A model generated the notes under the pieces. The model was not told the origin of the DNA, did not search any database, and saw only the letters and a list, made by a program, of their open reading frames with translations. DNA of 64,000 nt. It comes from an uncultured Rikenellaceae bacterium (GTDB lineage Bacteria > Bacteroidota > Bacteroidia > Bacteroidales > VadinHA17). Position numbers and translations under genes: made by a program. Position 1 is the first letter of the stretch. The number at the start of each line of letters is the position of its first letter. This document shows, piece by piece, positions 56,964 to 64,000 of the stretch. The stretch spans positions 635 to 64,634 of the forward strand of contig CAYYIW010000018.1 of the NCBI GenBank assembly GCA_964472085.1. The letters run 5' to 3'.

Positions 56964-59224
56964 AGAAGCTATATTTCATACTCGCAGCTTTGATTATTTT
57001 CTCTGCCTGCAAAAACGAAAAAACGGTTAAGCCTGAAGTCGTCGACTATACAAAATATGTCGATCCCTTTATAGGCACAGGATACCATGGTCATGTTTTT
57101 CTTGGTGCAAATGTGCCGTTCGGGGGAGTTCAGACAGGCCCTGTCAATTATGTAAAAGGGTGGGACTGGTGTTCGGGATATCACTATTCCGACAGTATTG
57201 TCACAGGTTTCTCACAGCTCCATCTCAGTGGTACCGGAATCGGTGACCTCGGAGATGTCCTGGTCACTCCCTATACAGGTGAAATAAAATCATCACCCGG
57301 AACTGAAAAGAACCCTCTTGAAGGATATGCATCATTGTATTCGCATAACGACGAAATTGCCAGGGCAGGGTATTATTCAGTTATCATGAAAAAGTATGGT
57401 ATCCGTGTTGAACTGACGGCAACGGAAAGAGTAGCTTTTCATAAATATACCTTCCCCGAAAGCAAAGAAGCTCATATAGCCATAAATCTCATCAGTGGTA
57501 TAGGATGGGACCAGCCTGTTGAGGCATTCCTTAAAAAAGTTGATCCCAGTACTTATATCGGATACCGGTTTTCTACCGGCTGGGCAAAGGATCAGCGATT
57601 ATGGTTTGCAATCAGGACCTCAAAACCAATAGAGTCTATCCGGATGTTCAATAATGATAAAGCTGTTTCTGGCGATTCTGCCAGGGGCGTTAAAATTGTA
57701 GGGATACTCAATCTTTCAACATCCAATGATGAGGAAGTAATGCTGAAGATAGGAACTTCCCCGGTAAGTGAGGAAAATGCACTGGCAAATATCAATGCTG
57801 AGATACCCGGCTGGAATTTCAACAATGTGGTTGCTGAAGCAAAGGCCAGATGGAATAAAGAACTCGGGAAAATTGTTGTTAACGGGAAAAATGAAAGTGA
57901 CATGAGAACTTTCTACACAGCTCTATATCATTCCTTTACACATCCTGTTCTGTTTAACGACCATAATGGAGATTACAGGGGAACCGACAAAAAGGTTTAT
58001 CATAATCCCGGATTTACGAATTATTCCATATTCTCTTTGTGGGACACCTACCGGGCTGAACATCCTCTTTTTACACTTATCGAACCGGAACGCGTTCCTG
58101 ATATGATTAATACAATGCTCAATATTTATAAGCAGCAGGGCAAGCTCCCTGTGTGGCACCTTATGGGTAATGAAACAGATTGTATGGTAGGGTACAGTGC
58201 AGTTCCGGTAATTGCTGATGCATTTTTCAAGGGATTCAAAGGATTTGATGTTAATCTCGCATATGAAGCTATGAAAGTATCTTCCAGCCGTGATGATAAT
58301 GGCCTGAAATATTTAAAAGAGAAGGGATATATACCTGCTGATAAAGAGAAGGAATCGGTCTCAAAAGCATTGGAATACTGTATATCCGACTGGTGTATAG
58401 CACAGATGGCTAAGAAACTCGGGAAAAATGATGATTTTGAATATTATAGTAAAAGAGCTGAATTATATAAACACTACTTTGATCAGAAAAGGCAGTTTAT
58501 GAGGGCAAAACTTGATAACGGGAAGTTCCGTGAGCCATTCAGCCCTTTCCGGTCGATACATGAATGGGGTGATTATACTGAAGGAAATGCATGGCAGTAT
58601 ACCTGGCTTGTTCCTCAGGATGTTGAAGGACTTATTAAGTTGTTCGGAGGTGATAAACCTTTTCTTACAAAGCTTGACAGTTTATTTGTCGTCCAGGGAG
58701 ATATGGGAGAAGAGGCATCAGCAGATATATCAGGATTGATTGGTCAGTATGCACATGGGAATGAACCCAGCCATCATGTGACCTATTTGTTTGCTTATGC
58801 AGGAGAACAATGGAAATCGGCAGAAAAGAACCGTCTTATTCAGCGTACACTTTATTCTGATAAACCGGATGGATTATGTGGGAATGAAGACTGCGGACAG
58901 ATGTCGGCATGGTACGTCTTTTCCTCGATGGGGTTTTACCCGGTTAACCCTGCAGGGGGAGCATTCGTTTTCGGCAGTCCTCTTTTTGACGAAGTAACAA
59001 TAAGCCTCCCCGGGGACAAACAATTTACTGTAAAAGCGGTCAACAACAGTGATCAGAATATGTATATTCAGTCGGTTAAACTTGATGGTGCCATTTACAC
59101 AAAATCATATATCACATATAAAGAGATTATGAACGGAGGCACTCTTGAGATAGAAATGGGGCCGACACCAAATAAACAATTTGGTGCCGCAACTGATGAC
59201 AGGCCGGAATCGGAAATATATTAA
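56960..59224 (+). CDS. Glycoside hydrolase family 92 (alpha-mannosidase), lipoprotein
   Basis: Lipoprotein signal MKKLYFILAALIIFSAC at the ATG at 56960. GH92 blocks YAHGNEPSHHVTYLFAYAG and LCGNEDCGQMSAWYVFSSMGFYPVNP. Confidence 0.9.
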   Translation: MKKLYFILAALIIFSACKNEKTVKPEVVDYTKYVDPFIGTGYHGHVFLGANVPFGGVQTGPVNYVKGWDWCSGYHYSDSIVTGFSQLHLSGTGIGDLGDVLVTPYTGEIKSSPGTEKNPLEGYASLYSHNDEIARAGYYSVIMKKYGIRVELTATERVAFHKYTFPESKEAHIAINLISGIGWDQPVEAFLKKVDPSTYIGYRFSTGWAKDQRLWFAIRTSKPIESIRMFNNDKAVSGDSARGVKIVGILNLSTSNDEEVMLKIGTSPVSEENALANINAEIPGWNFNNVVAEAKARWNKELGKIVVNGKNESDMRTFYTALYHSFTHPVLFNDHNGDYRGTDKKVYHNPGFTNYSIFSLWDTYRAEHPLFTLIEPERVPDMINTMLNIYKQQGKLPVWHLMGNETDCMVGYSAVPVIADAFFKGFKGFDVNLAYEAMKVSSSRDDNGLKYLKEKGYIPADKEKESVSKALEYCISDWCIAQMAKKLGKNDDFEYYSKRAELYKHYFDQKRQFMRAKLDNGKFREPFSPFRSIHEWGDYTEGNAWQYTWLVPQDVEGLIKLFGGDKPFLTKLDSLFVVQGDMGEEASADISGLIGQYAHGNEPSHHVTYLFAYAGEQWKSAEKNRLIQRTLYSDKPDGLCGNEDCGQMSAWYVFSSMGFYPVNPAGGAFVFGSPLFDEVTISLPGDKQFTVKAVNNSDQNMYIQSVKLDGAIYTKSYITYKEIMNGGTLEIEMGPTPNKQFGAATDDRPESEIY

Positions 59225-59287
59225 AGACACTGAACAGGCCTCAAGACGGAAAACAAACAGGTGTGAGTGTCAGAGTGAGAGCGGGGG

Positions 59288-59334
59288 AAACAGAACGAGT
59301 GTGCTCGCTTCCGCTCCCACACTCGCTCTGTTTT
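59288..59334. terminator. Bidirectional rho-independent terminator between GH92 (+) and tRNA-Leu (-)
   Basis: aaacagaacgagtgtg / cacactcgctctgttt 16-bp stem (one mismatch), 14-nt loop, T-run on the plus strand and a short T-run on the minus strand. Confidence 0.7.
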
Positions 59335-59337
59335 CAG

Positions 59338-59421
59338 TACCCGGAGCCGGGATCGAACCGGCACAGCATTGCTGCTACTGGTGTTTGAGACCAGCGCGTC
59401 TACCAATTCCGCCATCCGGGC
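59338..59421 (-). tRNA. tRNA-Leu (anticodon CAA)
   Basis: Folded by hand: acceptor GCCCGGA/TCCGGGT, anticodon stem CTGGT/ACCAG with loop CT-CAA-AC, long variable arm (CAGC-AAT-GCTG), T-arm GCCGG-TTCGATC-CCGGC, discriminator A. CCA is not encoded. Confidence 0.9.
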
Positions 59422-59485
59422 AGAATAATGAACTCGCCCCTGCCATCCGGGCGGTATATTAAGGTGTGCGAAAATAGAAAAAAAT

Positions 59486-61429
59486 TCAGACTTTTTCTTT
59501 CTTGCCCTGTTCTTTTATCGTGTTGTTGCCCATCCTCACACCCATCTCCCTGATAGCAATCTCTATGCCCTCCCGGTCATAGCCGCATTCCCTGTAGAGC
59601 TCAGCCTGTGTCCCCTGTTCAACAAAATAGTCGGGAATGCCGAGTCTTCTTACTTCGGCCTTGTATCCATGGTCGCTCATAAATTCAATAACGGCACTTC
59701 CAAAGCCACCTTTAAGCATACCATCTTCAACAGTTATAATATACCTGAATTTCCTGCATACGGTGTGAAGCACTTCAGTATCGATAGGTGCAACGAATCG
59801 CATATCGTAATGTGCCACGGATAAATTTTCTTCTTTTAATTTTTTAACTACAGAAGCCACATCCATACCCGGATGGCCAATAGACAAAACAGCAATATCA
59901 TTCCCTTCAGTCAGCAGACGTGCCTTGCCCAGCGGGATCTCGGAGAAAGGTTTCCGCCAGTCGGAGTATGAACCGCGTCCCCTTGGATAACGTATTGAGT
60001 ATGGGGAATTGATCTTATCAAGCTGTGCTGTATATAGAAAGTTTCTAAGCTCTATTTCATCCATTGGGGCAGCCACTATCATATTGGGTATGGACCTCAT
60101 GAATGCCATATCAAAAAATCCGTGGTGAGTGGCACCGTCGGAACCGACCAGTCCGCCTCTGTCAATACAAAAGACTACATGCAGGTTCTGAAGTGCAACA
60201 TCGTGTATTAGCTGATCGTATGCTCTTTGCAGGAACGAGGAATATATATGACAATAGGGTACAAGTCCCTGTGTGGCCAGGCCAGCAGCAAAAGTGACGG
60301 CATGCTGTTCTGCTATGCCAACATCATAGGCCCTGTCGGGCATCTCTTTCATCATAATATTAAGAGAACTGCCTGTGGGCATAGCGGGTGTAATAGCCAT
60401 TATCCTGTCATTCTGTTTCGCCAGTTCCAGTATAGTCCTGCCAAATACCTCCTGGTATGTTAGTACTTTATCATCACTGGGTGCACTGATCAGAACACCT
60501 GTTTCCTTATTAAACTTACCGGGAGAATGGAAGGCTGTCTGATTCTCCTCAGCCTGTTTGAATCCCTTTCCCTTTATGGTAAGGCAATGAAGGAGCTTGG
60601 GCCCCGGTATCCTTTTAAGGTCTTCAAGGACCCTTGTAAGGTGAAGGACATCGTGACCGTCTATCGGACCGAAATACCTGAAGTTCATCCCTTCAAACAG
60701 GTTGCTTCGCTCAAGAAAGGTACTCTTGAATCCTGCTTCCAGTTGTGCGGCAAGAGTCCGGGCATCAGGACCTATTTTACTGAATTTGCCTAGTACTTTC
60801 CATATCTTGTCCTTAAAGCGGTTATAGGTACGGCTTGTTGTGATATCAAGCAGATACTCCTTAAGAGCTCCCACATTTGCATCAATAGCTATATTATTAT
60901 CATTAAGAATAACCAGTATATCTGATTTGCTGATACCAGCATTATTGAGTCCCTCGAAAGCTTCACCTGCAGTCATGGCTCCATCGCCTATTACTGCTAC
61001 TACATGCCTGTTCTCGCCTTTCTTCCTGGCTGCTGTAGCCATCCCAAGAGCGGCCGAGATAGATGTGGACGAGTGCCCGGTGCCAAATGCATCATATTCA
61101 CTTTCAGACATCCTGGGGAATCCGCTAATCCCCTTATACCTTCTGTTGGTTGAGAAGACATCACGCCGTCCGGTAAGAATCTTATGTCCGTAAGCCTGAT
61201 GACCTACATCCCAAATAATCTTGTCATAAGGAGTGTTGAATACATAATGAAGAGCTACAGTCAACTCCACAACGCCAAGGCTGGCCCCGAAATGTCCGGG
61301 ATTATTGCAAACAACATCAATAATATACTGCCTGAGCTCTGAGCTAACCTGGATGAGATCCGTAGGTTCAAGCTTTCTGAGATCAGCAGGAGATGCTATT
61401 TTTGAAAGCAGATTTCCTTCCTTGTCCAT
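59486..61429 (-). CDS. dxs: 1-deoxy-D-xylulose-5-phosphate synthase
   Basis: GHFGASLGVVELTVALH, WDVGHQAYGHKILTGR, IGDGAMTAGEAFEGLNNAG and DGATHHG. I prefer the start at MDKEGNLL (61429). Confidence 0.95.
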   Translation of the reverse strand: MDKEGNLLSKIASPADLRKLEPTDLIQVSSELRQYIIDVVCNNPGHFGASLGVVELTVALHYVFNTPYDKIIWDVGHQAYGHKILTGRRDVFSTNRRYKGISGFPRMSESEYDAFGTGHSSTSISAALGMATAARKKGENRHVVAVIGDGAMTAGEAFEGLNNAGISKSDILVILNDNNIAIDANVGALKEYLLDITTSRTYNRFKDKIWKVLGKFSKIGPDARTLAAQLEAGFKSTFLERSNLFEGMNFRYFGPIDGHDVLHLTRVLEDLKRIPGPKLLHCLTIKGKGFKQAEENQTAFHSPGKFNKETGVLISAPSDDKVLTYQEVFGRTILELAKQNDRIMAITPAMPTGSSLNIMMKEMPDRAYDVGIAEQHAVTFAAGLATQGLVPYCHIYSSFLQRAYDQLIHDVALQNLHVVFCIDRGGLVGSDGATHHGFFDMAFMRSIPNMIVAAPMDEIELRNFLYTAQLDKINSPYSIRYPRGRGSYSDWRKPFSEIPLGKARLLTEGNDIAVLSIGHPGMDVASVVKKLKEENLSVAHYDMRFVAPIDTEVLHTVCRKFRYIITVEDGMLKGGFGSAVIEFMSDHGYKAEVRRLGIPDYFVEQGTQAELYRECGYDREGIEIAIREMGVRMGNNTIKEQGKKEKV

Positions 61430-61641
61430 CAAGTAAATATTATTCCTATTAACCTGCAAATATAACAATTATTATTCCCTTGTGTTAACAGGTACATACC
61501 CGGGATTTTCTTATTTTTGTTTCCGGATTAGAGGTCTGAGAACAATTTTTAAGTCTTTCAGCTGTTTTATTATTAACTGATATTATGATAAACAGACCCA
61601 TTTTGAATGAGTTACATACTACACTAAAATCTTGGTAAAGA

Positions 61642-62655
61642 ATGAAGAAGTCATTATTTTACTTTTCGTATCTGACTATAATAGCTTTGATAGCCGTCTC
61701 ATGTGTTTCCGGGAAAAAGTACGGCGAGCTTCAGGATACCAGCAGGCATTTCATGAATGAGAGAGATGCTTATAAGACTGATAATATTGATCTGGAAATG
61801 AAAAACAAAGAACTTGAGGCCAAAATGGTCTCTGTTGAAAAGGAGATAGAAACAGTAAAGGATGACATTTCCAGGGCCCAGGCGGAGAGAGATAAAGCAC
61901 TTGCTGATTATAACAGTATATCAGCAAAGTATACAGAACTGCAGACCGCACAGGAAGACCTTATAAAAGGGAATGTAAAGGAGACTCAGAAGCTTCTTTC
62001 AGAATTACAGGCAGCACAGGAGAATCTTCAGAAAAAAGAGGACCTTTTGAAGCAGCTCTCCCAGAACCTGGATTCAAAAAAAGCTTCTCTCGATGAGTTG
62101 AATTTTGAGCTCGAGAAGAGGAATCAGCGTCTGGCTGACCTTGAAAAGGTTCTTGATGCCCAAAAGAAGATAGTTCTGGATCTAAAAACAAAAGTGTCGG
62201 ATGCCCTCCTGGGATTTGAGAACAACGGGCTGACTGTGACAATGAAAAACGGGAAGGTTTATGTATCTCTCGATGAGAAACTTTTGTTTAAGTCTGCCCG
62301 CTGGGATATAGATGCCAATGGTAAAAAAGCACTGAAGCAGCTTGCCGGCGTGCTGGAAAGAAATCCCGATATACAAATCACCATTGAGGGACATACGGAT
62401 AACGTGCCTTATAATCCCGGAAGCGGACAGTTGAAAGATAACTGGGATCTCAGTGTCAAACGAGCCACCACTGTTGTGAGAACTTTGCTTGAAGATTCAC
62501 ATATTGATCCAAAAAGGCTTACCGCATCGGGAAGGAGCGAATATGTGCCTGTTGATTCACGTAATACTCCTGAAGCCAGGCAGAAGAACAGGAGAACAGA
62601 GATAATCCTTACACCTGATCTTACTGAACTCTATAAGCTGATTGACAAATACTGA
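61642..62655 (+). CDS. OmpA-family lipoprotein with long N-terminal coiled coil
   Basis: Lipobox (LIAVSC), ~170 aa of heptad-like E/K/L/Q-rich sequence, and a C-terminal OmpA_C domain (GHTDNVP...NWDLSVKRA......GRSEY.PV......EARQKNRRTEI). Confidence 0.85.
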   Translation: MKKSLFYFSYLTIIALIAVSCVSGKKYGELQDTSRHFMNERDAYKTDNIDLEMKNKELEAKMVSVEKEIETVKDDISRAQAERDKALADYNSISAKYTELQTAQEDLIKGNVKETQKLLSELQAAQENLQKKEDLLKQLSQNLDSKKASLDELNFELEKRNQRLADLEKVLDAQKKIVLDLKTKVSDALLGFENNGLTVTMKNGKVYVSLDEKLLFKSARWDIDANGKKALKQLAGVLERNPDIQITIEGHTDNVPYNPGSGQLKDNWDLSVKRATTVVRTLLEDSHIDPKRLTASGRSEYVPVDSRNTPEARQKNRRTEIILTPDLTELYKLIDKY

Positions 62656-62658
62656 TTG

Positions 62659-64000
62659 TTATTTGGCAAATTCCTGCAGCTTCACATTCATATTCTTGAG
62701 AGCCTGTAACAGGTTATCCTCAGGTTTAAGGAAATCCTGGTTTCCCCAGAATGTGGGATCATAATTGGTTATTGTTTTCGAGAAGATTGAATGAATAGGC
62801 GCAAGTTCCTGTCTTTCAAACCGGGTAACGTTATTTAGACTTACCTGTGTAATGGCAAGTTCGAAGAACACTTTGAACTGTGATTTGAAAAGCTTTTTCC
62901 TGGTCTTCGATTCAAAAACAAGATCACCTCTGACATGACTAAGAAAGTATCGGCCATTGATCTTCCTGTAACTGACTGTGTACTTTACTGATATCGGCCA
63001 TGTATTATAACCGTGTAACTGGCTCGTTACAAATGAGTTTTTCATCTGGTGCAGGAAGGCCTGATTCAGTTCGAAGCTGGCATACAAAACAGCGTAATCG
63101 GACGTATTTATATATACTGACCCCTTGTAGAGGGGAAGATCAATATTCTGCTTTTGTGAAAAATCAATTACATATGCAGTCTCATCATCGTAGGTGACAA
63201 TGTCCGTCATCCGGTATGAATAGTCATTCATGGCTTCAGGCGACAGGAAATCGAAGGTGTTCTTCATACCGTCAAGTTCCAGGCAGGTGCTAAGGCCGGC
63301 TTTCAGCCTTATGGCCAGGGTATCACGACTGTCGATATTCTCAATTTTCCTGCTCTTGTATACCTTGATCTGGTCTCCCAGAAGCGTGCCGGAATAAGCA
63401 CTTTTATAAATCTCGAGTATTGCTTCCGAATAGGATTGTAATTCTGACTTTTTCAGTACTCCCTCCCTGTAAAAACCGGTCATATAGGCAGGAGTATTAC
63501 CGTAATTTTGCGGAATTGCTTTCAGCACTTTATAAATAATATCCTGTGGTACCTGGTTTTTTATAAGGATCTCAGGTATAGGAATGAAATCCTTTTGCAT
63601 GGTAATCGTATTATTTCCCCCGAGGGCTTTTTGTACGGGGATTTCTCTCCCGATGTATCCGAGATAGGAGACAGATAATGTATCCTTTTCCAGATCAGGT
63701 GTAATGTTCAGGTTGAATTCCCCGTTGCTGTTTGAGACTGTTCCCTTTCCACTCCGTTTAAGTCCTATTGTGGCAAAAGGAAGAGGTTCTCCGGTTTCAT
63801 TGTCAACAACCGTGCCTGTAATATATTTTACTTTTACACCGGATGCGTTAGCCTGATTGTTGCTCTTTTGGGATGTGCGTGATATTATAATGAACCTGTC
63901 GATTACTGAGAATGACAGGGAGTCATTATGCATTATACTGTCAAGTATTACGCCAAGCCTGGTATTAACAAATGTCATTCTTGTCTTTGCGTCAGCATCA
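62659..64000 (-). CDS. CarboxypepD_reg-like domain protein; reading frame stays open to the right window edge (possibly 5'-partial)
   Basis: ITGTVVDNETGEPLPFATIGLKRSGKGTVSNSNGEFNL is the carboxypeptidase-regulatory-like fold signature. Codons upstream of the ATG at 63978 (..DADAKTR) contain no stop up to nt 63999. Confidence 0.65.
   Translation of the reverse strand, partial: DADAKTRMTFVNTRLGVILDSIMHNDSLSFSVIDRFIIISRTSQKSNNQANASGVKVKYITGTVVDNETGEPLPFATIGLKRSGKGTVSNSNGEFNLNITPDLEKDTLSVSYLGYIGREIPVQKALGGNNTITMQKDFIPIPEILIKNQVPQDIIYKVLKAIPQNYGNTPAYMTGFYREGVLKKSELQSYSEAILEIYKSAYSGTLLGDQIKVYKSRKIENIDSRDTLAIRLKAGLSTCLELDGMKNTFDFLSPEAMNDYSYRMTDIVTYDDETAYVIDFSQKQNIDLPLYKGSVYINTSDYAVLYASFELNQAFLHQMKNSFVTSQLHGYNTWPISVKYTVSYRKINGRYFLSHVRGDLVFESKTRKKLFKSQFKVFFELAITQVSLNNVTRFERQELAPIHSIFSKTITNYDPTFWGNQDFLKPEDNLLQALKNMNVKLQEFAK

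Noticed and set aside
59225-59485. Possible genomic-island or prophage insertion at tRNA-Leu.
   Set aside because: The flanking genes are GH92 and dxs. There is no integrase, excisionase or phage/conjugation gene, and no 3'-end tRNA direct repeat. Only the short 5'-end duplicate, reported separately, is present.

Overview
This 64-kb window looks like core chromosome from a Bacteroidota (Bacteroidia-like, probably anaerobic) genome. Supporting markers are a T9SS type-B cargo protein with a PorP/SprF partner, periplasmic GH65 and GH92 enzymes, and an sdh/frd CAB operon with a b558-type cytochrome b subunit. I call about 55 protein genes, one tRNA-Leu(CAA), one gene remnant (the 5' part of a TIR-domain gene), a few terminators and several candidate operators. 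Layout: (1) 1-6.9 kb, a giant repetitive adhesin truncated by the window edge, plus PorP/SprF. (2) 6.9-18.2 kb, a minus-strand surface-glycan operon headed by glyQS (three glycosyltransferases, two methyltransferases, a Wzx-like flippase, YfhO). (3) 18.4-25.4 kb, nadB, two CPBP proteases, an ECF sigma/anti-sigma/two-LTXXQ envelope-stress module, and dusB. (4) 26.4-28.5 kb, Rrf2 and a NapH-like polyferredoxin, divergent from a hemerythrin gene. (5) Peptidases and sdhCAB. (6) 38-50 kb, mostly small accessory-type genes (SMUG-like UDG, ArsC, CrcB/DUF190, beta-propeller, DUF5916, XRE/GNAT, DgkA, DUF2934, DUF4342, DUF1987). (7) 50-59 kb, GH65, a DtxR/MntR - outer-membrane barrel - MntH::USP metal-uptake module, nitroreductase, the TIR remnant and GH92. 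(8) tRNA-Leu, dxs, an OmpA-family gene and a partial CarboxypepD_reg gene. I found no CRISPR array, transposase, integrase, phage genes or complete recognisable defence system, and I cannot point to a convincing new multi-gene system. The signals I consider most worth a second look are at sequence level. First, CTYTGYG heptamer elements form a long hairpin whose mismatches become G.U pairs only on the dusB 3'-UTR strand. Second, six in-phase 8-nt tandem repeats are inserted between sdhA and sdhB. Third, adhesin repeats keep identical peptides while most codons differ synonymously. Fourth, a perfect 16-bp palindrome precedes the MntR-like gene of a two-membrane Mn/Fe uptake module with an MntH-USP fusion. 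Fifth, a TIR gene stump abuts GH92. All family assignments come from motif recognition by eye, with no database search.
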